A DNA stretch of 64,000 nt from Octopus sinensis (Eukaryota). This document shows positions 39,155-52,252 of this stretch, one piece after another. A program made the position numbers and the translations under genes. The first letter of the stretch is position 1. Each line of letters begins with the position of its first letter. The notes below the pieces were generated by a model. That model saw only the letters and a program-made list of their open reading frames with translations, was not told the DNA's origin and ran no database searches. The stretch is from NCBI RefSeq assembly GCF_006345805.1, contig NC_043005.1, positions 16,802,001-16,866,000 on the forward strand, read 5' to 3'.

Positions 39155-39371
39155 TGTTTAAAAGCAGCAGAAATATAACAGAAGCTGTTACTCAGTTTCA
39201 CGTTCCCGTTCGTCAGACAGTTTTTAACAAAACTGTCCAAACGGGAACGTGAAACTCTGAGTAACAGCTTTTATTATATTTCTGCTGCTTTTAAATAAAG
39301 CATATTACTCTACCACTGGTATTTGAGTACTCTTTTTTCCACCTTGTTTCACATTTATGTGCTTACTCTGG
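39155..39371. mobile_element. Penelope-like terminal fragment with inverted duplication
   Basis: 39157-39296 is a hairpin whose arms each hold a hammerhead motif; AATAAA follows; inserted between (CA)n and (TA)n. Confidence 0.65.
39184..39222 (-). ncRNA. Minimal type-I hammerhead ribozyme motif
   Basis: Minus strand reads CTGT-CTGACGA-ACG-GGAA-CGT-GAAA-C-TGA-GTA-ACAG: complete core, GNRA-capped stem II, GUA site. The + copy (39231-39268) has a broken core. Confidence 0.75.
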
Positions 39372-39377
39372 TGTATG

Positions 39378-39438
<61 letters not shown>

Positions 39439-39870
39439 GATGGGCTTCTTTCAGTTTCCATCTACCAAATCCACTCACAAGGCTTTGGTTGGCCTGAGGC
39501 TATAGTAGAAGGCACTTGCCCAAGGTGCCACGCAGTAGGACTGAACCCGGAACCATGTGGTTGGTAAGCAAGCTACTTACCACACAGCCACTACTGAATT
39601 TACTCGTCAAATTGGTAAAGTGACTTGCCTCTACCAGTTTCTGTCGTTTGATGATGCTTGACTTATTTTATGCCACTGAGCTCACATCAGGGGCTTGGTT
39701 GATAGAGAACTCCTGTGTCCCTGATTTTAATATTCATAATGAACTTAATGACTGCATTGCCTAAAACTTCTGCCAAGTGCTACATGCTCTCTGCACTAGA
39801 GGAGACCAGGGCAAAGGCATGATTGTCCTTTCTCTCACACACTTTCAGCTTTGAAGCCTCAAGCTTTGTG

Positions 39871-39918
<48 letters not shown>

Positions 39919-39964
39919 GTATATATATGCAGGCATGATGGGGGAGAATGTTAGTAGTAATATA

Positions 39965-40041
39965 GCTGGTGGACTTTGGCTGATGAGAAATCAGGCACCT
40001 ATTTGGCGCTAAATTTCGAAACCAGTACCAGGTTGACCAGC
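39965..40041 (+). ncRNA. Type-I hammerhead ribozyme motif (best conserved in the window)
   Basis: Stem I GCTGGT..ACTTTGG / CCAGGT..ACCAGC; CTGATGA at 39980-39986; stem II GAAAT.../...ATTTC with a canonical G-C closing pair; GAAA at 40018-40021; stem III ACCAGT; GTA site at 40025-40027. Confidence 0.8.
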
Positions 40042-40308
40042 ATTTACTTGTTCTGACCCATTTGAGGCAAGACATTATTATTGTTCACTGATATTTTTTC
40101 CTATCTTGTCTATAATAGATTTGTGACTATTCGGTGGTACAGAAGTATTTTTTGACTTCTATCATGAGCAATATAGGTACTCATGTAGTACCCTTGTGTA
40201 TATATGTACATATCTAATATTGTATGTATATATTTTATTAATTTGCCTGTTCGGCTGATGATTCGCTTGCCACTTGTGATGGTATTTTAATAATACCATC
40301 CCCATATT

Positions 40309-40359
<51 letters not shown>

Positions 40360-41590
40360 CATGCACACACACACATATACCTACCTTCAGTTAAGTTGTG
40401 AAATATTTACCTTAAACATGCTATTATTTAGAGACACAGGTGGACTTCAAGTGACCAGTCATAAGCCCAACCACTTCAGTGTTCAATGCCTTTGTAAAAT
40501 CAACAAAGACCACATTTCTCTTGGATTTCACAGACAGAGCACCACATCCACGGAACTTTTATACCTTCTGAATTCACAGTTTCAAGTAGAACCCCTGGGA
40601 TTTTCTTGCTCAGTCTATCTAACAGCAAACACTTTTGCAGGGATTTTCCTAACTACAACAGCTTTCTTTCCCGTTTATGTGACCTTGCAACTTCCTGAGA
40701 AAACTTGACATTTCTTTCTATACTGCACTATAGATATCACAGAGAATACCCCTAACCCTTTTGTGTTCAGATTACTGTCAGTTGTAATGATTATTTATTC
40801 ACATTGTTTTGAATTAATCCTGGATTATCTCATAGCTTTGAGATTTTGATGATGTGACTGCTTATCTTTAGATTGATATTCTAGGGTAGGAGAGAGAGAG
40901 AGAGAGAGAGATCAGATCTGGTTGATTTGAACATGAAGCAGGTAGAAAATTTGGGCTTGATACACCCTTTAGCATTCAGCTTATTCTGTCAAATGTATTG
41001 CTTATTTATTCATATTACTTTGACTTAATCATGCATTATCCCTAGAATGACATTGTAGGATAAGTGTAAGAGACCATATCTGGTCAATTTGAACATAAAA
41101 CATGAGTATTTGGGGCAGTTTAACTGTTAAAGTATTAAACCTATCTGCTTAGTGGAAACGACCTTTGTGTGAAGAGCTAACACCCTCCCTCTTCATTAGT
41201 GTCAGACCAGAGATATGTAAACCTGTACATGGTCAAATCATTGGTTATTAAACCAGCAACCTGACCAAATTTGTTTGATAAGAATGCTGATTATTAAAGC
41301 CCCAGTAGGGCAAAAACAAAAAAGCTTGCCTTTTTGGCTGATGAATATAGTCAATAGCTATCTAATACTGGCTGTATTGCTAGCAGGTGTCACACTGTAG
41401 ATGTCTGTCAGCCAGTTACTGTAGTAACTATAGGATCAGTATTGCTTGACCTGTCCTTGTTTGCTGTGTTTACTTCAATGCACTGAAAAAGTGCTGTTAG
41501 AAACTGCAACAGCCTTTGTCACTTACACCCTCTGCAAACAGTCCTATGTAATAATATCATGTCACCAGCATATCGGATAAATAGCTGCTT

Positions 41591-41821
41591 TAAAAGGCGG
41601 CGAGCTGGCAGAAACGTTAGCACGCCGGGCGAAATGCTCAGCAGCATTTCGTCTGTCGCTACTTCCTGAGTTCAAATTCCGCCGAGGTCGACTTTGCCTT
41701 TCATCCTTTCGGGGTCGATTAAATAAGTACCAGTTACGCACTGGGGTCGATATAATCTGTTTCTCTGTCCTTGTTCGTCCCCCTCTGTGTTTAGCCCCTT
41801 GTGGGTAGTAAAGAAATAAAA
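41591..41821 (+). mobile_element. SINE family B
   Basis: Same as 17097-17328; 12-bp TSD AAATAGCTGCTT. Confidence 0.9.
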
Positions 41822-41984
41822 AAATAGCTGCTTGGGTTACAAAAGCTCATGCTGAGCAGCGATGGAAAATTTACAAGGATACAAAAAAGAAATGCAACCT
41901 TGTCTCTGGTCCAGTGGAGTACATAATATAAATTTGTTTGGGGTGTATAGTTGTAAAATTGTGTGTGTGTGTGTGCATACACGT

Positions 41985-42250
41985 TTGTTCCTTCTTGAGC
42001 TATGCCTGGCTCATAGGGCCAGTTTCCCAGTTTCCTTGGCGTATAAGTTCCCCACCTGGACGGGACACCGGTCTGCCGCAGGTGAGCTGCAAGATGCAGG
42101 AGGAAAGAGTGAGAGAAAGTTTGCCATTACCTTCCACTGGAGCCGCATAGAGCTTGCTCATAAACACACACATGGTCCGGGTCTGAGATTCAAACCCGCA
42201 ATCCCTCGACCGCGAGTCCGCTGCTCTAACCGCTAGGCCATGTGCCTCCA
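41985..42250 (-). mobile_element. tRNA(Arg)-like SINE related to family C
   Basis: Minus strand head GGAGGCACATGGCCTAGCGGTTAGAGCAGCGGACTCGCGGTC; the body differs from family C. Confidence 0.8.
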
Positions 42251-42847
42251 CGTATATACAGATACACACTCATAAATGTGTATTTCTTAGAGAGAGAGAG
42301 AGATCTTTCCTCTTTGTTTTTGTAGCATTTCCCAATCTCGGATACTTTAATGCACCAACAACAGTTACATGTTAGGCTTAGCGATGCTTTGATGTCTACC
42401 AAATTTTAACACATTCGAAACCTGATAACCCACATAGAATCCTCAACAGTTCTTGAGAATCTCCGTGTGTGGCTGTGCCATTCTGTATATGGCATGCCTG
42501 TTCACTTACTATATCTGGCACAACCTAATTTCAATTAACCTATTTATGTTCATATTTTTAACAAGAATACACTTTGTTCTAAGAGTATTGTAAATAGCTT
42601 TACTTTATTTGGTGAGCAATGGTGTTGTTAGTGAAAGGTTTCCAACCGGTAAATCACTGGTGGCAGTGACAAGAGACTGTCTGAATGTCTATGTAACCAA
42701 GGTAGAACAAAATACCACAAGGTATTTTGAAGCAGGGTAAGCCGCATTGCAGTGAGAGGTGCCATCATCCTCAACCTACCATTATGATCATTATATGAAT
42801 GAATCAGGGTCTTAAGTTTTTCTTTCATGTTTCTATTGGTTAAATGT

Positions 42848-43075
42848 GGAGGTGCGTGGCTTAGTGGTTAGGGTGTCAGCATCATGATCGTAAGATTGTG
42901 GTTTCGATTCCTGGACCGGGCGACACATTGTGTTCTTGAGCAAAACACTTAATTTCACATTGCTCCAGTCCACTCAGCTGGTAAAAATGAGTAACGCTGC
43001 AATGGACTGGCTTCCCGTCCAGCTGGGGAACACATAGGCCATTGAAACTGGGCCCATGAGGCTTAAAAAGGGCAC
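42848..43075 (+). mobile_element. tRNA-derived SINE with CORE/V-like motif
   Basis: TGGCTTAGTGG A box, GGTTTCGATTCC B box, GTGTTCTTGAGCAAAACACTT. Confidence 0.8.
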
Positions 43076-44306
43076 ATTTATTTTATTGTTGGTTAAACAG
43101 GTCTGCAGTATAATCATTTTGTTTGACATTTTTGGTTTTTTGTATTCACTCTTGATGTCAATTTTTTTATAAGTTTCCTTTACTCATTTTGATTTTCACC
43201 AATATATCCATTTCTATTGGTTGTTCTATGGAAGTAGCCAAATTTGTAAATCTCTTTCGAAAATGACTGCCTTCTCCCAACAAAGTGACATAAGATTTTT
43301 GACTGTTAACCTCATCTTTAGAGATAAAACTTATTTTAATGCCCATCACCCGGTGTCATATTTCTAGACATAAACCAGAATGGATTTGAATTAGGAATCT
43401 TTGTAAACTAAAGCTAATAATATACTTACCCATCCTTAAAACCACACTTGATTTTAATTTTTTATTTGTTTGTTATCGGGCTATGGCCATGCTGGTGCAC
43501 CACTTTAAAGAGTTTAGTCAAACAAATACATCACTCACACATATACACACAGTGAACTTCTCAGCCATTTAGCCCTCCTCAGGATAACAAAGCTGATGAT
43601 CATGAAAATATAGAGAAAATATTTAAAAAATTACAAAAATGTTCCTCCTCTAAAAAATGGGGTTTTATGGTCTGAGACAAACCAAAATTGTAACTGATTT
43701 CAGACTAAAAAGAAACCATTATCCAACTTTTATAAACTTGTGTTTACTTGAGTGTGAAAAAAAAAAAAAGAAGATAAAGTATATAACTGATAATATAGGT
43801 ACCAAAAATGTTTGGTAGTCACGGTGTACTCAGCTATTAAGCACCCCCCACCGCGCCTTCTAATTTTTGGCTTGACGTTTTTGTATTAAATTTCTCTACG
43901 TTATTATGCTTGACTAAATTTATATAGCTGTAATATGTATGAAGTTATCAAGAAATGGTGATGCTGCCTGCCATACAGGAAACAAAAATGTTCTGAAATA
44001 TTTGTGAAGTTAAAATTAATTATAGTTTGGTGACCAAAGTGTGAAAGTGGTGTAAGACTGTTAACCTCTGTTCCTGGCACATGGTATTAAAAATAAGTAC
44101 CATCTTAAGTTGTCTTGTGCCATTGTAAAATTCAGACAAGTTTGCTATTTCAGCAGAAGCAGTAGCAACACCAGTAGTATTAGTAGTAGTAACTATAGTG
44201 GCAGGCAGTGTAAACAGCAGTCAGATGTTTTGTGTTTACACTATCCAACTAATCTCCAGGAGGTACCAATCTCGCATTAATAATTATAATATAGGCACAT
44301 ATATAC

Positions 44307-44337
<31 letters not shown>

Positions 44338-44585
44338 CTAGGATACATACACACACACATACACACACACACATACTTAGACACGGTAACATTACATAAA
44401 AATGTATTATACATATTTTGTGTATTTATTTTGATATATACCATTCAAACGATTATTGCTGTGTAATGTTTTTGTGTTGCTCATGTGGGAAATAAATTAC
44501 ATCATTTTGATAAAGAGAAAGAACAGCCAAGGCTAGATTGCCTTCGGTCGTAGATGATGCTTGATCAAACTTGATCTAGGATTAG

Positions 44586-44805
44586 CCCTTTAGTGTTTAA
44601 ACCGGCCATATCCGGCTAAAATATTCTACCTATTTTATGTTCAAACTAGTCAGATATGGTCATTCATAGCTACCTTATTGTGTCATTTTAAAAATAAACA
44701 ATCACATCATGGAAATCTCAAAGCCATGAAATGATACAAGATTAATTTTACATGGTGTGAATACATAAGCTTTACATTTTACAGAATAATCTGATTGCTA
44801 AAGGG
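44586..44805. mobile_element. piggyBac-like MITE (family F)
   Basis: CCCTTTAG ... CTAAAGGG|TTAA; same body as 5479-5698. Confidence 0.82.
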
Positions 44806-45767
44806 TTAAACAATAAAGAAGGGTGCTGTGTGTGTGTGTGTGTAAACCTTTTGTCTTGTGTGTGCTTTACACTTATGTACACACATTTACACACACTCAC
44901 ACATACATGAGACACTGTTTTGATGCTCAGCTACAGATATGCTCTCTCCTGTACACACACACACACACATCAGTTCAGTTTGTTTTTATAATCAGTGTTG
45001 CATTGAATCAACCATAATGAATATTATTATTGTTGATGAACCGAGCCCAAGCTTAAATGATTTCTCATATTGCTTTAAGCTTCCAAGAAAGGCATGAATA
45101 TCCCATATTCCTTATTAGAGATCTGAAATTAACGAGCCTTATAACTGAGAGTAAGGGTTGGGGAGGAAACAAAATGGTAACACTCCTCCACTCACCGATA
45201 GCAGACACAGATATTGTAGAGAAATTTGGTTATGTGTAGGAGTAAGAATATGTAATACTGGTTCCAGCTGTTAATGAGAGAGAAAGGAGGAGATGGAAGT
45301 GGTAGTGTCTAACTGGCATCTGAAGTGTGTCTCAATGAGAAAACTTACGCACCAACTGCATCACCTACTGTAGTATGTAACCACCTCATACACACACTGT
45401 ACTGCTAAGTAGAATTTTTCACAATTAGTAACATTTGGTTTCAGTTTAGAAGCAAAGCAGTCCTGTCTCCGCCACCAGACCTACCAGGAGGGAGATTCAT
45501 TGAGAAATTTATGCAAAGCCATTCTGAATTCTGGTTCTGTGAAAGTCAGAAACGGAAGCAGTATTTGGAAGTGCCGTACGTAAAGGTTTAAGTGTTGTTG
45601 ATGACCCAAGTCTGTGTCAGGGAGTGGAGGAAACGCATCGACTCAAAACCATATACAGGCATACCTCATCTTCGTCTTTTTCAACTTGATCATTTTGTAG
45701 AGAAAGTAATGGAAAAAATGAATAAAAATAAATCTCAATTTCTGTTGATTTATCAGACTTTACATCA

Positions 45768-46182
<415 letters not shown>

Positions 46183-46389
46183 TTAAAAAGTATGAAAAAT
46201 TAAAAAAAATAAATTTAAAAGCCAATACTGAACTGGAAAATCAAATAATAAGAATGTGTGAAAATATGTGCAAACCATTTATTAAAGCAAATTATAAGTC
46301 AACAAAGATTTTAGAATGTTTTCTCATTGCTTTTTGAGTAAAGTTGCTTTGCTTGGAATGTACACCTGTGGAGCAGTGGTTCTTAAGTA

Positions 46390-46905
46390 GGGTCCACGAA
46401 TGGTGTCCACGAATGGGGTCCACACAAACCTTCGGTCCATGAATGGGGGTCCGCACAAACCTTGGGTCTATGAATGGGGTCCACACGAATATTGAGTCCG
46501 CGAATGGGGTCCACACAAATATTGAGTCCACGAATGGGGTCCACACAAATATTGAGTCCGCGAATGGGGTCCACACGAATATTGAGTCCGCGAATGAGGT
46601 CCACACGAATATTGAGTCCGCGAATGGGGTCCACACGAATATTGAGTCCGCGAATGGGGTCCACACGAATATTGAGTCCGCGAATGGGGTCCACACGAAT
46701 ATTGAGTCCGCGAATGGGGTCCACACGAATATTGAGTCCGTGAATGGGGTCCACACGAATATTGAGTCCGCGAATGGGGTCCACACGAATATTGAGTCCG
46801 TGAATGGGGTCCACACGAATATTGAGTCCGCGAATGGTGTCCACATGAACCTTGGGTGTGTGAATAGGATCCACACTAACCTTGAGTCCACGAAGGGGGT
46901 CCACA
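46390..46905. repeat. 30-bp minisatellite (GAATGGGGTCCACACGAATATTGAGTCCGC)n, about 16 units
   Basis: Homogeneous centre with diverged edge units. Confidence 0.95.
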
Positions 46906-47014
46906 TGAATTATATAGCATTTAGTTGTTAAAAGTTATATGTATTGAATTGGTTATACTTCTGCAATGCACAAAATATTAAAATTTTTTTTTATACAATT
47001 CCTAATATCTTTTA

Positions 47015-47354
47015 CCTTGTTTTGGTCATTAGACTGTGGCCATGCTTGGGCACCACCTTGAGGAATTGTAGTCGAATGAATTGACCGCAATACTTTATTT
47101 TTCTAAGCCTGGTACTTATTCTATCAGTCTCTTTTGCTGAACCACTAAGTTACAGGGATGTTAACACATCGACACCAGTTATCAAGCGGTGCCAGACACA
47201 CACACACAGTACTCATCTACCAAATCCACTCACAAGGCTTTTGTTGTTCCGAGACTATAGTAGAAGACACTTGCCCGAGGTTCCACTCTATGGAACTGAA
47301 CCTGGAACCATGTGGTTGAGAAGCAAGCTTCTTACCACTCAGCCACTCCTGTAC
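47015..47354 (-). mobile_element. SINE family A (diverged)
   Basis: Colinear similarity to the other copies. Confidence 0.82.
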
Positions 47355-47399
47355 CTAATTATAAAAATATAATGGTATTTTAAAATTTCAACTGGGCAA

Positions 47400-47943
47400 G
47401 TGAAATCAGAATCGAAATTGAACCAATCCTATGACTGGCACCCGGCCGTTGCCAGTGCCTCTGGACTGACTCCTGTGCAGGTGGCAAGTAAAGAAACACC
47501 ATTTCAACCCTGTGCTTGAGGAGACCTATTGAGTCAAGTACATCAAAAATCAATGGAAATTGTAGTTGTGATCCCTGTGTCGGTGGCACATAAAAAGCAC
47601 CATCTGAACGTGGCCAATATCAGCGCCGCCTTGACTGGCTTCCGTGCCGGTGGCATGTAAAAAGCACCATCCGAACGTGGCCAATGCCAGTGCTGCCTTG
47701 ACTGGCTTCCGTGCTGATGGCACGTAAAAAGCACCAATCCGATCGTGGCCATTGTCAGCCTCGTCTGGCATGTAAAAAGCACCCACTACACTCACAGAGT
47801 GGTTGGCATTAGGAAGGGCATCCAGCTGTAGAAACACTGCCAGATCAGACTGGAGCCTGGTGCAGCCTTCTGGCTTCCCAGATCCCGGTCAAACCGTCCA
47901 ACCCATGCTAGCATGGAGAACGGATGTTAAACGATGATGATGA
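47400..47943 (+). mobile_element. Retroposon family D, longest copy
   Basis: Contains several ~70-bp internal sub-repeats (GGCACGTAAAAAGCACC) and an (ATG)n tail. Confidence 0.85.
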
Positions 47944-49369
47944 ATAGGGGTCCAGTGGAGTAACAATTGAAATCAAAGGGACCTGCTGGCAAAAAAAAAT
48001 GGTCAAGAACCACTGCTGTAGAGCCTACTTTGTTAGCTTGTTGTATGGATAGTCTGATGGATGTTTAGTATGTTACTTTCTACTGGAAATGGAGCAGCAA
48101 GCATTTTAGTAGCAGTAAAGACACAGAGGATGCTGCTTGTAACAGCACGGTGGTGATTATAACATGTTGGTTGGTAATTAGAAGTTGTTTGCCTATCAGT
48201 AAGATGCCCCCCTCTTTTTTTATTTTACTTTTGATATTTATCTAGAATATTTGGGTGTGTGTTATCGTTATCATTTCAGATAGGGAGTCCCACTTAGAAT
48301 GTAGTTCATATAGCAACAACAACTAATGTCTTACACTTAGTAGGCTACATCAGAGAGTGTATCATTTCTAGAACATAGCCATGTTCTTGAGAGATCGTTT
48401 GTTGATGTGACATCTGCTCAGTGCGGAGGAATAGAATTAAATTACTGTTTAAACCAGGAAATAAATTCCCCCACCCCACATGTTTTACTTTATTAAATTT
48501 AATTAAACTATTATATTTCTATTAAGAAAACAACCTTTTAGTTTGTAATTTGCTAAGTTTAATCCCAACATTGTGTAATAGAAGCTGACTCTTTTTATAT
48601 ATTTTGTTTGTCTAACGAAAAGGAACCAGAACATTTAGCATTTGTAGGGCTTCTTAGACTGGGGTGTGGTATAATATCTTGGTGAAGGTTACATAAGCAT
48701 TGTGGTCTCTCTGCTTGTATGCGTATAAGCATGTCAATGCATAAATGTCTGCGTTTGCTGTGCACGTCTGCATATGTGCAATGAGTTTCTCTCCTCCACC
48801 CATCTCCCTCATTACACTGTCTCAAAGCTAGAAACTAAGAACAGATTCTATTTATAAAAGTCAGGATGGCTGTCTGTACCCTCCCCTCATCCTGTTTTAT
48901 TTTTGATGTTGGTGATTTCAGCAAAGAGTAATAAAGATAAATCAAATGGGTATCATTTAACTTAAATTGCCTTATTTAAAAAAAAAAAAAAAAAAAGTGG
49001 GGCAGTATGTTACCTTTTACAGGCCCATTAAGACTGATGATATCGATGTTTTTGATGTTCCCTTTGGAACTTCTGCAGTTGTAGTTTGGCAATATGGACA
49101 GCAAGAAGCTGAAGAAGGCCTATTAAAAATAGCAACCAGATCACACCTTACTATATAAAAGCAGAACACATTGGAAAATGTTGTTCTAGGTATGTTTTTC
49201 CATGCTTGAGTGAGTTGGATGAATATGTATCAAGGTTTTGCACTACGGCTGGATGTCCTTCCTGTTACTAACCCTTGTTTTTTCAAGTAAAGGATTTTTA
49301 TTTGTTATATTTGAAAGTGCAAAGCCAGTAGACAATTTGTTGACAAAGAACTTCAATAAACATCACCAT

Positions 49370-49762
49370 GGCGCAGGAGTGGCTGTGTGGTAAGTGGCTT
49401 GCTTACCAACCACATGGTTCTGGGTTCAGTCCCACTGCGTGGAACCTTGGGCAAGTGTCTTCTACTATAGCCTCGGGCCGACCAAAGCCTTGTGAGTGGA
49501 TTTGGTAGACGGAAACTGAAAGAAGCCCGTCATATATATGTGTGCATGTATGTTTGTGTGTCTGTGTTTGTTCCCCTAGCATTGCTTGACAACCGATGCT
49601 GGTGTGTTTACGTCCCCATCACTTAGTGGTTCGGCAAAAGAGACCGATGGAATAAGTACTGGGCTTACAAAGAATAAGTCCCGGGGTCGAGTTGCTCGAC
49701 CAAAGGTGGTGCTCCAGCATGGCCGCAGTCAAATTACTGAAACAAGTAAAAGAGTAAAGAGT
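49370..49762 (+). mobile_element. SINE family A
   Basis: Complete GGCGCAGGAGTGG head to GTAAAAGAGTAAAGAGT tail. Confidence 0.92.
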
Positions 49763-50561
49763 ATGGGGAAATATAATGTATGAAAATAATGGTAGATGGA
49801 CATAGCCTAGAACAGGCTGGAGGAAAAACACTTAGAACACTTCAGTTAGTTGTTGGTTTTTCCACTTGGTATTTTTGTGAGCTTAACCCTTTAGCATTTA
49901 AACTGACCATATCTGGCTAAAATAATCGACCCGTTTCATCTTCAAACTGGCCAGATATGGCTTATCACACTTACTCTACAATATTATATTATTATACTTA
50001 GTTGCCACTTCTAGCAAACTGAGTAACCATGTGGAGACCTCTCCATTGACTTGCCAAGTTTATGTTGAGATGTGATATTCTATGTGGTGGCAGTGATGGC
50101 AGTGTTATCTCTATAATGCAGGTGAACTGTGAATGATACATTAGTAACACATACTTTGAATTGTCATTTTATTTTAATTTCTCGTGTGTTTGGTGGAGGA
50201 GTGGCTGTTCTCAGAGGGTCTCAGAAAAATAATGTTGGTGCCAAGAACATAGAATGTTGTAGTGAGAAAATCTAAGATTACTTCTTTTTTTTTTTATAAT
50301 GTTATAAATAGCTTTTACATATACATGCACACATATACATGCATGTGCAAATTACACATGAATGCATACACACATACACACACATATTCGCACTCACATA
50401 CAAATACACACTCGTGTATGCACACATGGTTGGAGATTTGGGCTGGGGAAAAATGCAAGTTTGCTAATTATAGATAATAAAAATTCCAGTATATTGCTTC
50501 TGACCATCTGCATGCGAGTCTGCAGCCAATTGTGCATGGGTAAGAGGAAGGGAGAAGCTCT

Positions 50562-50598
<37 letters not shown>

Positions 50599-50789
50599 CA
50601 TTTAACCAGGATGTATTAAGTAGAAACAATATACTAGAATTTTTATTATCTTTATAATAGTAAACTTGCATTTTACCTGACTGCGCGTGCGCGAGCAGTC
50701 TGGCTGACTCTGCGAACCTCTGACCGACTGCACGCACATGTTTGAATGGCTATACATGTGCAAGTCTCTGACTGACTGTATGCATGAAA

Positions 50790-51180
50790 CTGCATTCGCG
50801 AGTATCTGACCAACTGCATTTGCAAGCATCTGACCAGCTGTGCATTCGCAAGTATCTGACCAACTGTGCATTTGCAAGTATCTGACCAACTGTGCATTTG
50901 CGAGTATCTGACCAACTGTGCATTTGCGAGTATCTGACCGACTGTGCATTTGCGAGTATCTCACCAGCTGTGCATTTGCGAGTATCTGACCAACTGTGCA
51001 TTTGCGAGTATCTGACCAACTGTGCATTTGCGAGTATCTGACCGACTGTGCATTTGCGAGTATCTGACCAACTGTGCATTTGCGAGTATCTGACCAACTG
51101 TGCATTTGCGAGTATCTGACCAACTGTGCATTTGCGAGTGTCTGACCAACTGTGCATTTGCAAGTATCTGACCAACTGCG
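50790..51180. repeat. 26-bp minisatellite (TGCATTTGCGAGTATCTGACCAACTG)n, about 15 units
   Basis: Tandem units read directly from the sequence. Confidence 0.95.
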
Positions 51181-51514
51181 CATGCTCAAGTCTCTGAGCA
51201 TCTTGAAGTCAAAGATGTTCAGATAAGCAACTTTTTGTTTCCAGCCTAGCACACATCTAAAAATACCTTATTTAACAGTGCAAATTATAATTACTGATGC
51301 ACCCAGTCAGTTTTGTTTATTCCATGCCATATGTTATAACAAACTTAGGAAACCCTATGTTCAATTCAATTTCCCCCCATTTTCAAGCTTATTTATTACT
51401 GTTATTCATCCATTTACCTAATTTTGTCACAGTTTGACCAACTGCATAATGTAGGTTATAGGTTACAGCTATAGTTAAGAATGCAACTGTCCAATTCTAT
51501 TTCACTCTATAGTG

Positions 51515-51902
51515 CTCTTTTACTTGTTTCAGTCATTTGACTGTGGCCATGCTGGAGCACCACCTTTAGTCGAGCAAATCGACCCCAGAACTTATTCTTT
51601 GTAAGCCTAGTACTTATTCTATTGGTCTCTTTTGCCGAACCGCTAAGTTACGGGGACCTAAACACACCAGCATCGGTTGTCAAGCAATGTTGGGGGGAGA
51701 CACACACACAAACATATACACACACACATACATATATACGACGGGCTTCTTTCAGTTTCCGTCTACTAAATCCACTCGCAAGGCTTTGGTTGGCCCGAGG
51801 CTATAGTAGAAGACACTTTCGCAAGGTGCTACGCAGTGGGACTGAACCCGGAACCATGCGGTTGGTAAGCATGCTACTTACCACACAGCCACTCCTATGC
51901 CT
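51515..51902 (-). mobile_element. SINE family A
   Basis: Full-length copy. Confidence 0.9.
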
Positions 51903-52252
51903 GCTCTTTATAACAATTATTGTTGTTCTTTCGCATCGGCAGCCAGAGCATTTTACCGTTTTCGAGTTGTTGTTCATCTAGCGGTATGTAGATTATGGCA
52001 AAGTTAAATTGAACTGCTCAGTTACGTTACTCTTGATCTAAATCCCAAAATTCCATCTCCTTGTGTTTTATTGTTGACCGGCCTAACTCTGGACTCTCAG
52101 TTCCATTAACCACTTGCTTCTTCCGACACGATGACATTAACTCCACTTCCCCCACCCCACCTTATATAAATTAGCTTTATTCAGATTCCCCTGTCTCATG
52201 TACTATCTCACCTCATGAAGTGGAAGGGTCAGTATAAAGTGTTTTTTTTTTT

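Larger units (their letters stand above)
38931..39593 (-). mobile_element. SINE family A with a ~215-bp insertion in its internal microsatellite
   Basis: SINE halves flank 39155-39371. Confidence 0.88.
46374..48015. mobile_element. hAT-like MITE containing a minisatellite and two nested retroposons
   Basis: TIR CAGTGGTTCTT / AAGAACCACTG; 8-bp TSD CTGTGGAG / CTGTAGAG. Confidence 0.85.

Noticed and set aside
40254-40300. CTGATGA followed by hairpins
   Set aside because: No GAAA or cleavage triplet in register.
45438-45590. Possible exon after TTTCAG with an open frame (FRSKAVLSPPPDLPGG...)
   Set aside because: No recognisable similarity to afadin or other proteins, and weak splice signals.
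46390-46905. CRISPR-like appearance of the 23-30 bp arrays
   Set aside because: Units are head-to-tail with no unique spacers, there are no cas genes, and the context is eukaryotic.
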